Shown: positions 11,545 to 24,345, numbered from the stretch's first letter. The stretch: 64,000 nucleotides of DNA from Gonapodya sp. JEL0774 (GCA_027604505.1 JADIIX010000005.1:186001-250000); one strand, 5' to 3'. Translations and numbers: made by a program. The notes: generated by a model from the letters alone, not told the origin.

Positions 11545-13087
11545 CACGCACCCGTTCACCAAGTCTCCACCGTTGGGGTGCAGCACCTGCCCCGAGAAGT
11601 AGGACCCGTCCGCGGCGGCAGGAAGGACGTACGAGGTGGCGACCTCTTTGTGGTAAGGCAAAGGGCAAGTGAGACTGATCGTTTTCTTACTGTTGGCATT
11701 CCGAGGACCTACCAGCAGGCTCACCGATCCTCCACAGAGGCGGAGCCCCTTCACTGGTCCACTTTTTAAGGCTCTTTTCTACGCGAGAGATGGGCTGGAG
11801 TGGAGTCCTTTGATATCGTAAAAAAGTTTCGTTGATATTTTGCGTCAACCGAAGAGCCGGGGGGGCGGGGGGGCGGCGCGGGGCCGGCCGCCCGCCGCGG
11901 GCGGCGCCNNNNNNNNNNCACGATCATCTCAACCCACCATATCGGCCCGGAGGCCATAGGTTCACTCTAAATCCCCTTTGGTGCAAGCTGCGAGTGAAGG
12001 CCACCATGGCGCCCTTGGTGGACGAGTAGTCCAAGAGGGACGGACTGCCTTTGTAAGCGGTGACCGAGGTGGTGGTGATGATGGAATCACCCTGGTGAGA
12101 GAGATCGAAGATGGGCGGGGAGGGAAAAGGGGTGATTCATGCACGTGGGGGGTGATCGATCCAAGTACTGGGATGCTAGTTGCACCTCGTTCATGTGAGG
12201 TAGGGTGTGCTTGACGAGGTAAAACATCACGAAAATTTTGGTACGGAACGTCAGCTCAAACTGATCTGAAGCGAGCTCAGTGATGGATTCGGTCATGAAC
12301 TGAACTGCGGATCAACTTTCTACAAACCGCAGCGATCTCACACACACATCGAGCTCGATCACGCACCTGCACCGCGGCGTTATTGACAAGATCATGTATC
12401 TTGCCGCCCGACTCGGACGACTCGACGACTTTGTCCACGATGCGACGACACTCGTTCACTCCCTTGGCGACGTCGCACGGCTGTCGGGATTGACATGCAT
12501 GCGACACACAGTCGTCGAACGGACTTTCTCAAAAGATGCACCGTGCTAACTCACAATCATCAAGCACGCTGATTCTTTCTTCTCCACCATCTTCTTGATT
12601 TTGTTGGTGTCCTTTTGCTCTTCTACCAGGTGAGCTATCGCGACCAGTCAGCACCCTTCCTTGACAAAAAGTACAGCAACGGTTCGACCAATTCCAGAGT
12701 CACCTCCGGTGATGAGCTGAGCACAGTAGAAAATGTCGGGTGGAGATATTGTGTTAGTGAGAGGATGGCGTATGCGACGGAATGGAATGTCTGACTTCAC
12801 TTCGTCCCAATCTAGAAAATCTCACCGCAACTTTATCTTTGAGTTTATCAGCACCCTTGTATTCTTGCAGTCTGCTCGGGCCAGGCAGTTGATCGGAAAT
12901 CTGTTGATCATGGTCGCACTCCAGCGAGTCACCCAATTGACGCAACCACAAGTTTATTCACTCACTGGCTGAGGTCCCATTGGCTGTTGTACACCCGCCC
13001 TAGCTCCCTCCGACACTTGTGACGGCGCGGGAAACTCGCCGGGACCGGGGTCTTGATCCGTCGAGAGATCCCATTCAAATGGTCATG
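11545..13087 (-). pseudogene. Short-chain dehydrogenase/reductase (glucose/ribitol dehydrogenase, YhdF-like) pseudogene
   Basis: Motifs YKGADKLKDKVA-LITGGDSGIGR, LVNNAAVQ, DYSSTKGAMVAFTRSL and SYFSGQVLHPNGG are present. Lesions: in-frame TGA at 12650-12648 (KEGC*LVAI), frameshift before (A)SGPIW near 11960, and no in-frame ATG for exon 1. Interrupted by a 10-N gap. Confidence 0.75.
11909..11918. other. Assembly gap (10 N)
   Basis: Run of n characters, preceded by a G/C-only low-complexity stretch. Confidence 1.
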
Positions 13088-13565
13088 AGTGCAGCGGACG
13101 AAACACAATGCGGCAGACTGCTGAGCAAAGAGAGGTGCGCAAAGTGCTCTGCCTGAATTTTGTTTCCAGAAAGCATTTAGAGAATGATGATCGGATGAAA
13201 CAATTGGAGCTGAGTCCGCCGTGTATTGCTTATGGCAATGTCGGTCCTTCACGAGGAACTAACTACACCCGTCATCTCTCAACATACAGAAACCACGTAA
13301 TCGCAACTTCTACCCAACCGTAATGGTCACCCATTAGAGGATCTTATCGCAGTGCCTCTGCCTTAGTTTTGTATTTGGTTGGGAAGGGCGCAACCCCCTC
13401 GTCCAGCGGACTCCCACCCGGCCCCGCACATCGGAAGAACCTGCGGCTCTCGTGCCTCTCCCCGAGTGTTGGTGACACAACGTGATCTTTGAATATAGTA
13501 TAGGCGAGAATGCCGTGATGCATTCTCGTCGCTCGTAAGGCACTACGTCACAAAGGATGTGTATG

Positions 13566-13603
13566 GAGGGAGAGAGAGGGGGAGAGAGAGAGGGGGAGAG
13601 AGA
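13566..13603 (+). repeat. Purine-only GA-rich simple repeat
   Basis: gagggagagagaggg...gagagagagag...gagagagag. Confidence 0.7.
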
Positions 13604-15073
13604 GTCCGAGTCGGGGGGACAATCGGAGGTAACCACGGTAACCACGGTGACACTCTCGGCCTCTCCGGTGCCCGTTGCAAAGTATGGAGCGTCGGTGATA
13701 AATGCCTTTTCTGGATCCGTTGAGTGCCCGGAACCGGCACCACAACCAACACCGGCATCGGCATCTGCCTCTCCCACTCCCACAAGCCCCCTGCAACCAT
13801 CCCCCACGACCACCCACCGCTCCAAGCCACCTCCATTTGTTTGCGGAGAGGGATCCAACTTGGCGTGATAATGATAAAGGTAGGGCCCTTCAAATGTGGT
13901 TCACTATTGGGCTACACCGAGCGGGGATGTTAGGGAGGTCGAGTTGGACTATAACTCGGGGCTGGTTTACCACCTCGAAGTATCACGGATTCGATCCGTG
14001 CCTTCGAGGGATCGAACTAGGGCCCGGCTACCAAAATACAGTCAGGTGCTGCGGGGGTGGTGACAGAGTTGGACATCTGATCCCAGCAGTGTTTGGAATT
14101 ACAATTCAGTAGGAGGGACGGAGCCGCACTGACAAAACGGCATGCATTCACGTCTTCACCTCTTTATATCAACCATTGAACTCATTTTGGGACGCACTTA
14201 ATAGTATTCTTTTTAATCAGCCGACTCGCATATGCCCTGTGTCTAAATAGAGAATGAGAAAGGGAAGGAAGAGAGAATCGGGCATTTGCTCTGCTCCATT
14301 TGAATCTTTCACACGACCATCTTAGAACAAGCGAACAAAGCATTTTATTGACATAAGTAGGCGCTTCAGCCTCCTCCGAGTCTTCGTCGTGCCGGGATCT
14401 GGAGGCTGGTACCAGTGGCAGTTGCTTGCTGGATTTATGTTCTGTCATTGCAAACCCCACATTCCATCAGCGACCACGTTAGACATACAAATAGTTCCAG
14501 GCGTGTTGATGTTCTACCCAGAGGCCATGGCTGTAGATCTATGCAAATCTCGAGACATGGGACACGAATGTGATACCAGCTATATCGCGCTGTTGAACAC
14601 TTTCTCACGAGACCTTTCACCCCGGGGGTCGTCACAAGGGAAGTGCAACGGTCACCGGGTAGAAGTAGATTATTAGCCGCGATTGTTATTGTGCGGTGCA
14701 CCTGACTAGTCTCTCTACTTGAGCTGACTCTATCGGTCAGGTGAATAAGCCATAGCATGGACTCTAACGGGGATATTTCCTATTGTGTGTCCTTACTATA
14801 CACCTCTATCGGTCAGAGCAAGTATAAGGCTGACAAGAACATCCAAAATTGAAGTCGCGTACCTCACGCCGCTCGTATCAGAAACTTCGTGTTGCGTCTG
14901 ATCATTTATTAGCACTACAGTTGATGATTGACGCAGCTTTCCTCTTACTCTACGTTGCTGATATTACGACATGTTGTATGAATACTGATAGTTTTGCGAA
15001 TGCACGAAGTTCCCAAATATAGCTCTCAGACAATCCCTTGATCACGGGCTCACCGCCAAATTCGGAGGGTTGC

Positions 15074-18000
15074 CTAGGAGTGACTGGTTGGCAAAATTGG
15101 AGGAGTCGGAGGACCCCACGTACCCGAGGAACCGAGGGCACCGATATGCTCAGTTGTGCGAGCCGCCCCACCCGAAAGCGTTCCCTGCGCTCTCAGCTGT
15201 GCGACCGCTCTTGAAAGTTCCCCCGGACGACGACCACCGTCAGACGACATCACAGTGTGTGCAGTGGAAACAGGGCCTGGTCTCCTCACGAACTCGCTGG
15301 GACGAACCTGCGGAGCCTGTATAGCGTTGACAGCACTCATCGACGATCCACTGTGTGATGCGTTGCTATCGCCGGTACCTCCTTCCGTCCACTCGCTCTC
15401 AAACACCTCATCGCCTCTCTCATAACTTGTGTGAGTATCTGTCCAATGTTCACCAAAGTCCCGGAAGTCCCCATCAAGCGCAATGGCAGCGTCAACCACC
15501 GTCGGGATCATGTCGGCTACGCTCACATCGGTCACGCTGTCTTGCGGGACTGACAAGGATTCAACGTGTGCTGTGTTTCCCAACCGAGCAACTGACAAAT
15601 GCACACGCTCCAACGTCGAGGAAGGCAATTGCCTCCCGGAGCGTGCTGTCCAATCTTGTTCCTCCGCATCTGCTTCTCCCTCGCTATCACTACGCGACCT
15701 GTCGAGGAGCCATCGTGTTTCATCCCGCATGGCTTGCCTGATGGGATCAATCCCTCGGTTTAAGCCAGTAGACTGACCTGTCACTTGGAGTTCGGCTTCC
15801 AGTTCAGGTTCAGATTCCGACCATGTTTCTACGTCGGTACGCAACCAAGCAGGTGCAGCAGAGAGCGCCATCTCATGGTGTTGTTGTACCGGACCTCCAA
15901 TGATCGTACCTCCAGTTTCCACATTCTGTGTAGACTCCAACATTTGGTTGTCTTCTCTTACTTGATCCTGTGTCCATCTTCCCACCGATTCCATGTCGCC
16001 ACTTTCCTCACGCCTCTCGCTTACACCATCCAACACCATCTGTACCCTCGCCGTCAAGTCAGTGGCCGCTGCTTCTCGCTCAGCATCAGACATCAGCCTT
16101 GCCCTCAAAGATGACAATCGGTCAAGACCTCGATTAGCCCTTCCAATCAGATCGGAATCCATCGATTCCGTCCCGACTCCCTCATCGTTCCGTATCTCGT
16201 GTCTTTGGGCTTCAATGTCCAACAGACTCGTTTCCGTCACCGGAGTAACGGAAGTCGTCAACGTCAAAGACCCTTCTTCGACAGAGGATTGGAGAAGCAC
16301 CGGTCTAATCAGAGCGCCCTCATTGGCCAATAGTCTCTCATTCAGTCTCGGTGGATCCATAAACGTCCACACTGAATGGCCTGCGTTAATCTCGTCCAAA
16401 GTCCGATTCAGCACCTCTGAATCTGACCTAATCCCTTGTGCCTCACTCCCATTCCGTGATGCGCTCCAGGGGCTCACCTCTAAAGGCACCGTCGCCATCG
16501 TCAAAGTCTCCGACGAGCCAACACTCCCAATCCCCGAACGACGAGCTTGCACTGAAACCAGGGGACTCTCCCATCCGTCAGCTGTGTTGCGTCCGCTATA
16601 GGATCCCACCCCTCGAACCACTGAAGCAGATGGCGCAGAGGGCGCAGAGGATATCCGCGAGTCAGATCGGCTGACAACCGAGTTGAGTCTTTGTGCGGCG
16701 TTGACAATGTCCTCATCCCCTGAACCTTGCGCCTGAGCATTTTGTATGCTCGGAATTGGCGACGGTGATGCAAAGAACCGTCCGGGACTAAACCGTGCAG
16801 GACTCGAAGAACCAATTCGTCCGACCATGTCTCCGTCGAAGAGTTCTCCATGCTCCGCGAGCCGGAGTTGTGCCGCAGCGGATATGGGAGCGCGCGAGCG
16901 GTGCTCAGACACCGGCAGCGCAACTTGGCCGGTCGAACTCTGTTGCGTGGCTTCTACGTCTCCTCCTGATACCATTGTGGTTTCTTCTTCAGCTGCATGA
17001 CCAGCAACGAGATCCCTCTGTGATTGTTGTTCGTCCATCGGTGATGATTCTGCTGGAGCCGTCACGATCGTATCCCGCCGTAGCCTCACTGGTTCTCGCA
17101 CTCCAGGCTCTCTTTGAACCCGCACAGTTCCGTCCTCCCCCTCTACCGTTGCCTGAAGTCGCTCCCGGTCCCGTTCTCGAGCACGGTCCCGGTGCGCGGC
17201 ACGGTCACGAGGAGTCTGACGACCGAACGAGCGGGAGAACGGATGCAGCGTGGACGAAGAGGACGATGAGAAAGAGGAGGAGGAAGACGTGACGGGGATC
17301 GGCATGGGTCGCGGAGGAGTGTGTGGGTCGCCCCGATGACGGTCACGTGGGGAAGTGCGAGGAGTCGGGCGGATGAAAGGGTTCGGTGTGATCGAGGATG
17401 TTGATGCGGATGAGGGTGGGATGGGAATGGGAACGGGCGGAGTGGGGTGCGTGGAGGTTTCATGGTGAGAGGTCCCCCGAGAAGGATCGGCAAAGATTTC
17501 CCAAGCGGCACGTTCGGCGATCCTCCAGTCTGACAGCGGCGATGATGAGGATGCTTCGTTCGGGCTTCGCGCAACGGCCGAGTCTTCCGTCCGGGTGTGG
17601 CTATCGTTGCGAGCAGTTAGGAGGTGTGCGGCGGCGGAAGGAGACGAAGGCCGGCCAGCGTATCGAGGGTTACGCTGGGTACGTTCCCGGTCGCGATCTC
17701 GAGGGCCTGCGGGAGATGGAATGGGAACTTGAGAGCTGCTGGAACTCGACACTGAGTTGGAACCTGAACTGAGTGTAAACCGGTGTCTTCGTACCGGGGC
17801 GGGATACTCTGGGTGAGCATTGGAGGCAGTAGCACGAAACGAGGAACTCGATCCCGTCGATCCGGATACTGAAGAGCCCGACACCGACATCGTCGATCCT
17901 CCACCACCACCGGGTCCCCCACCACTGGCAGCACCCGACGCCGCCGATGCCGCCGTAGCTGCTTCACGCAACCTTGCAAGAGCTGCGAAAAAGAGCTCCA

Positions 18001-19737
18001 AACGACGGGACGAGGTGAGGGAAGGGGCGGGTAAGGTAGGTGGGTTGGGAGACACGGTGTAGGGATCAGAGAGGTCGGACCCATCAAAAGAGGTGGAGCC
18101 TACACTCCAAAAGAGATCTGGGTCGGAAGTGGCGCGTTCGCGGTCGGGACCGCCGTCCTGGAACCATTCGTGGACGGACATGCGCCAATCTGGTCTGGGT
18201 CTCGAGGACGTGGGGGATGTGGAAGGCGGCGGTGCGTAGTCTGCAGTTGCGGTGGTGATGGCGGCGAAAGCGTCGGCGGCGGAGAAGGGGGGAGGAGCAT
18301 CCCAGGAGACAGACGGTTCGGTGGAGCCGCGACCGACGGGGCCACTGGTCGAGGGAGCAACGTTCATCCAGGGAGAGCCATCAGTGGTAAATAAGTGAAG
18401 AGATGGATCGAAATGGGGTCGGGGTATGTTGAGAGTGCCCGAGGCGAAGGCACGAGGCCCAGTCACGGGGTCCACCACAGATGACTCTGCAGCGGAAGTG
18501 GAGTGAGATGTGGGTGACACGGCGGGGTAGTGGGATGAATATGTAGCTGTGGCTGAGGTAGTGTTGGAGGTGACGAGTTGTGGGTTGCTTGTGCTAGCAG
18601 CAGAAGCGCTCGCGGGCTGTGGATGCTGTGGATTGGTGGTGGACGACACGACAAGCGAGAGGAGGGATCGAAGGTGCTGGATGAATTGCACGATATTTTG
18701 AAGAGACCAGCGGTGGAAGAAGGGCAGGAAACGAAATTCAAAAGAACACGAGCAGAAGACGTTGTCACAACTCTGAACTTGGGGGTTGACTTCACGGCAT
18801 GAGCAGAACAGTGTCTCGCACCTCTGCCCTCCGCACGAGCACACGTGCCGCTTCAGTTCCACCCACCGAGCCGGACGAGCTCGCAGCGCCGAGCGAACCC
18901 GTCGCCCGCCTCCCGACGACGTGGACTCCGTCGAATCCGGTCCTCGCACCAACTCCCACACGTCCAAACCTCCTCCCTTCCACCTCCGCGTCCCCACGTG
19001 CCGAGGTGCGTGCAGCATGAGACTCGTTCTGGCCCTGGGAGGCTTTGATGGCCTGCGGGGAGAAGTCGAAGAGGTTTGGGACAGGGTTCCCCTGTTGCAG
19101 GATGAGACCGTCGCGAGTTTGACAATGCGCAACCAAAAAGCAAGAGCAAAGCAGGCGAGTCAGGAAATGTGGAATTTGCTTATTGCTTTGTGTCGTTCAA
19201 ATGAACTCGCCATCGTTGGGGATATCGGACTTGGGTTTAACTCTGGGTGTGCTTGCTGTGTCTGAGTTCCAGACTTTTTCCGTGCCCACCTGCACTCCCT
19301 TACAACCGTGCACCTGACCCAAAACTCTCTGAATACCATGTGCGATTGCCAACTTTGCCTGGGGGTCAGGGCCTCTTCCTCCTCTACCTCGGGAAATCTT
19401 AGACATCACGGTCTGAACCCCCAAGTCCTTATAATCATCTTTACAGCGGCTCTGTGGGGAAGAAGAAATCTATGTGACCGGCTAATTGTGTTGTCCTTTT
19501 TTCGTGTTTGTCGAGTTGTGCCAGCCTGTTCCTCGGCAGTGCTGTGACGAGTGCAAGTGGATACTTTTTTGTTGTTGGGCGGACGTATCCTGCACTTCGC
19601 CGGCCGATCCGAGTGCCTGGCGCGTGCGTGCTGCCGAACCAGCCTACCTGTTCCCGTGTCGTGTTGAAAACTGGGCGTGCCGGGTGCAGGCTGGTCCCCG
19701 GCCTGTGCGCAGGCACGAGGGAACTGCCCAGACTCAT
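15074..19737 (-). CDS. Large, mostly disordered Ser/Pro/Arg-rich hypothetical protein (long terminal exon; 5' exons uncertain)
   Basis: A 4-kb stop-free ORF at 19132-15074 with low-complexity S/P/T/R/E composition. Probable upstream exons at 19737-19200. No recognisable domain. Confidence 0.65.
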
Positions 19738-19885
19738 AATTTTAATGGATCTTTATTTGCCAAACTTCTTTAAAACATCACAAAGAATTTTCGCCCTTTG
19801 GACTCGGGGATGATTCTAGGTCCTCTGACATCCCGACACCGCCATAACCATTCCCGCGGATGGTTCTCAAACTGCAAACGATCCT

Positions 19886-22580
19886 TCACCAGTCCTCGTC
19901 GTCGTCGTCGTCTTCCTCTTCTTCGTCTGGAGGGAGAAAGAGGTTGCAAAATTGATGATGGCCACATAAGTGGTGATTGGACACAGATGGGTTCCAGGGG
20001 TAACAAAATGCGACAAGAAAATCCAAGAGAAGGAAGAAAAAAAAGGAACGCACAGAAAACGTGATATACAGAGAGACGCGAGAAGACGTTTAGATGTCAC
20101 AGAGTCCCAACAAGGAAAACAGCACACCAAGAACCCACCGCTCTCATCTCCCGCGATCGCCTTGTTCCTCGCCATCAACGCGGCTTGCAGCGCCTTTGCA
20201 ATATCGTTCGGGTCTCCCGCACTCGCAGGTTCCGCCTCGTCTCGTTGCGGGGGACTCTCAACTTTCCGCAAAGAGTTCACACCAGCATTCCGGATGGCAG
20301 CAAGCAGGTCCCCACGGTCCCCACCGACTCCGGGGTGTGGAGTCACAGGGAGACTCGCCGTCGTTGGCGGCGGCGGCGAAGGAGGGGCAACGCGGGTTTG
20401 AGGCGGCGGCGGCGGCGGTGGAGCCGTGCCGGGGATGGGAGGAGGTGGTGGTGGCGGCACCGCACTAGCCCTGGCTGCGGCTTGCGGCGGGGGTGGCGGA
20501 GGTGGCGGCGGTGGTGCCCCACCACCCATCGCCACTGGGGGAGGCGTCGGGGGTGCTCTTGGCGCAGGACGAGGTGGAGTGGGCGGCTCCTCCTCCCTTG
20601 GGGGCGGCGGTGCCGGACGTCTGGCCGGCGGAGGCGCTGGAGGAGCTTGAGCGGGCGCCGCACGGGATGGCGGTGGTGGCGGTGGTGCACGGGACGGTGG
20701 TGGCGGTGGAGGTGCCCGCTGCACAGGGGCTGGTGCCGGCGCAGGTGCAGGGGTTGGAACTCGGGCGGGTTCCGGAGCAGGGGACGCGACCGGAGGCGCT
20801 GGTGGAGGCATGCGCACATTAACAGAGGCGGTGCGGGCTGGCACGGGGGACGCAGTGGGGGACGTGGTCGACGCCCCAGTGTTTCTGGAGGGTGGCGGAG
20901 GTGGTGGACGTTTAGCAGCTCCTGGCCCCGTGTTCTCCTTGAGGAACTTCTTGACAAATTTCCTGTCCTTGGCGTCCATCTGCTCGATGTTGATACCGGC
21001 CTTGGTAAGGATTTCCCGCCATTCGGCAGGGATGTTTTGGGCCTACAAAACGTGTTCGCCAACATTTGTATCAATAAGCAAATGCTTCAATTCAGCAGTT
21101 CCACATTTCGTACTGACATCGAAACCCCTCTCCTTGTTGAACCCAATGTGACTCTCGTGGCGGAACTGCGTCGGCGCACCAATCAAGGACTTGTCAATCT
21201 TCTTCTTAGTCGCCGTACCACCTGTTGCTCCGCTAGAAGGCTTGAACGACAGTTTTGACAGCGTGGCGCTCGCATTGAATCCACTCGTTGGGGCGGGCTG
21301 GGGCGGAGGTGTGGACGCTGGTGGGACCGGGCTCGGCAAGCGGGGTGCGCGGTCCGTGGATGGGGAATTGAGGCGTTCGTTTGAGGTGGAAACGGAATTG
21401 AGACGGTCGTTGGAAGTGGAGGGTGGGACGCGGGCTTGGGTGGACGCAGCACGGGGACGGGCAGGGGGAGGTGGCGCGAAGGAGGACGTAGCGGGTGCAG
21501 ACACAGGGGGCATGGGAACTTGTGAAGTCGAAGAAAGGTGCGAGTTAGGTGGCCGAATTGCAAGATCACTCTCCATACAGTGATGGATACGGTGGGGCAA
21601 TCATATCCGGATGTCTCTACACCTCCACGTGTGAAACTCACCGGCTCTCACACTACTCGGAGATCCAACCGAGAACCCGTTGATACTTCCAACTGACGAC
21701 GTACTCTGAGTTACATGTCTTCCAAACTCCTCTGCGTCTTGCTCGTCCGCAAAATTGAGTCCGACCATGCATTCCTCGCCAGCAAAGGTGTGAAAGAACG
21801 GTTTGTCTTTGGAATAGTGGAGGTCACGAGAGACAGAGTGGGTCCAGAGAATGGTGCCTTTCTGTGGTGGGATGGTGGGGACGTTGGGGTGGACTTCAGT
21901 TTGCGAGATGATGCTCGAATACGGCACAAATGAGCACTGCTTGGCATTCCATCCTATTCAATTCCACTGCACGCAAGCAACCCTCATCAAGCACTCAAAG
22001 AGGGTGTACTACTGTGGATTACTACGGTGTCGAGATGGTGAAAACTATCGTTGTGTTTTGCAATCGCTGACATCTTGGCAGTCAAAGTATCAAGATATCC
22101 GTCCGGTCGACTCCATACCATCTTCTAACTCTTGCCGGAGAGAATTCGTCACACTGTACTCACCGATACATCGACGATTCTCAACGAAACGTTCTTCCCG
22201 TCCTTGACGAGTGCAAGTCCGCCCACAATGTTCTGGTACGACCAGCTGTTGGGCGACGGTTGTGCGAGATATAGCTGAGCTGCCGTTGCAAATACGACCT
22301 ACAAGTAGAGAGATCGGGCGGCCGTTGTGATGGAGGAGAAGCGGGTTCAGCCGGACAAGTATGAAGAAAGCCATTTCTCGTAGTACGTGCAATACGTACA
22401 TCTCCAGAGACTGAACGCTCAATAAGAGAGTTTTCCGCGCGATCGAGGGCAGGCCTGGTCGGGCAACGGCGAAGCAGCGATGGAAGGATGACGGACCATC
22501 AATGTCAGAATCAAGAACCACGCAAACCTAAATCGCCAGTAAAGCGCAGAGCCATAATCATGTCGCTTTGGTGCTTACAT
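19886..22580 (-). CDS. wsp1: WASP-family Arp2/3 activator (Wsp1/Las17 orthologue) with WH1, CRIB, polyproline, WH2-C-A
   Basis: WH1 (QLYLAQPSPNSWSY; FFHTFAGEECMVGLNFADEQDAEEF), CRIB (KKKIDKSLIGAPTQFRHESHIGF), polyproline tracts, WH2 (RGDLLAAIRNAGVNSLRKV), C region (IAKALQAALMAR), acidic end DEEEEDDDDDEDW*. Confidence 0.95.
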
Positions 22581-22651
22581 CTTTCCAAACTTGGGAAGTT
22601 GGGATGGACTCGGACTTTATGCTGGCTTTGAGCGGTCTGTGGAGGTTCATA

Positions 22652-24345
22652 ATGGAGCTGAGTGGACCAACCGTCCACAGATTTGCCGAGAACTCCGATA
22701 TCCGAAAACATGCTTTATTACGTCGTGAATGTGAAAAAACAGGGAGGTAAGTAAAAGAAAAGCATTAACGGAGGGATACATCTCCGCTAGTAGGTGCCGC
22801 AGGCGACGCCAGAAGATATTCTTCAGTGAAATTAAATCGCGCTGTCGCCAGAATTATAGTGCATTCACGTGGTTCAGACAACCACTGAAATGAATTGTTT
22901 GTGTTAGCGACGTTTGGGCTGAGCATTGCAGGTTCACTTGCCCCCCACAGATTTGACTTAACCCCCAAGCTGGTTCCACTGTCAGCCCCACAGACTCAAC
23001 AACTCATTCACATGGCTCAGACTTTCAAGGAATGATGGTCTGTGATTTGAGAAAGCGATACAATCCGCAGCGCCACGGCTCATGAGTTTTCGCGTCCAGT
23101 TCTTCCCGCCCGTCCACCGACTTGTTTCCTGCGTCCACACCATCTTGTTTTTCGGCTGCGATGAAGGCTCTTGAAACCAGCCATTCTACGGCAATGCGAT
23201 AAGAGGCTCTGCATAGATGCAGCTCGAAAGAGGAGGGGGTCATTCTGGACATTGTCCGGCGTTGACTCTCCGGCCCACGCGATTGTTGCCNNNNNNNNNN
23301 NNNNNNNNNNNNNNNNNNNNNNNNNNNNNNNNNNNNNNNNNNNNNNNNNNNNNNNNNNNNNNNNNNNNNNNNNNNNNNNNNNNNNNNNNNNNNNNNNNNN
23401 NNNNNNNNNNNNNNNNNNNNNNNNNNNNNNNNNNNNNNNNNNNNNNNNNGCGATGAAGGCTCTTGAAACCAGCCATTCTACGGCAATGCGATAAGAGGCT
23501 CTGCATAGATGCAGCTCGAAAGAGGAGGGGGTCATTCTGGACATTGTCCGGCGTTGACTCTCCGGCCCACGCGATTGTTGCCAGGTCTTCGCGACCAAGA
23601 ATGAGCGTCTCAAGAGTCTGAGCGGATTTGATTTGATTGTTAGGTGGTTCATTTCAAGGCTCAAGCACCACTTCTTACGATAGCAACAAGTTCGTCCTCT
23701 GTCACCACATATCAATCTCTGATAGGGCAAGTAGAAGGCCGAACCTGTATTTGTGGGCATGAATGATACTTAATTTTCCATACATCATCGTGCGATTTGG
23801 TCGAGAGTGTGTACTTTTGTTGTGCGTCACGTGCTGTCGTGTAACTGACCCCGTTATCATCACTCGACTCTCACAACCAGCAGTTTGTGGGGCGTTTTCA
23901 ATTTCGTAGCGTTTCCTCCACATATGTTTGTATTTTCGTGGATTTGATAACTCGTTGTCCGTTTCTCCTTCAATATCTTGTTCCATGCTGTGTCAAATTG
24001 AAGCCCACGGCGGGCTGTGGGATGGTGCGAACCACCCACTTACTGTTGAAGAAGAACAAACCCATTCAAAATGCATGGAGTTCCTTGGACAATTGGCTAC
24101 GATTGTCAACCCGTTCTCTCCTCCTCTTTCTAGAAATTGACTGCTCTCAATTTAATCTTGATGGCTTCCCCGCCGAAAACTGTTCGAATCGTGATTCATT
24201 GTTCCAGAGCGTCGAAGGGATGCATCCCTCATTCATGAATGATGGACCCTTTCATCCAAACAACACACTTCAAAATTCTTCGGTTTCAAAGGATTCAAAA
24301 TTGAGAAAAAGACAAAACCGGTGATCGAGGCATAATCCGAATCGT
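22652..24345 (+). CDS. Possible small multi-exon hypothetical gene, divergent from WASP and crossing the assembly gap
   Basis: ATG 22652 opens an exon (MELSGPTVHRFAENSDIRKHALLRRECEKTG) ending at a perfect G|GTAAGT donor near 22747. Further protein-like segments follow (FDLTPKLVPLSAPQ, VFATKNERLKSLSGFDL). The model is not fully resolved. Confidence 0.3.
23158..23582. other. Assembly gap (N 23291-23449) flanked by an identical 133-nt direct duplication
   Basis: 23158-23290 is repeated at 23450-23582 on the other side of the N run, typical of unmerged contig overlap. Confidence 0.9.

Noticed and set aside
11856..11908. Pure G/C stretch suggesting a G-quadruplex or GC-rich element
   Set aside because: It lies at a contig end next to Ns and is probably low-quality sequence.
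12648..12650. In-frame TGA in the SDR as possible selenocysteine or readthrough
   Set aside because: The gene has additional frameshifts and the position is not catalytic, so pseudogenisation is simpler.
20185..21258. 357-aa Arg/Trp-rich + strand ORF
   Set aside because: Antisense shadow of the WASP polyproline exon.
23158..23582. Identical 133-nt direct repeat that could be read as LTRs or a target-site duplication
   Set aside because: The copies abut both sides of an N gap exactly, the signature of an unmerged contig overlap rather than biology.
22945..23640. Faint resemblance of FDLTPKLV and CSSKEE to Rab GDI/REP proteins
   Set aside because: No FAD-like N-terminal motif or other GDI blocks were found, so the similarity is too short to support a name.
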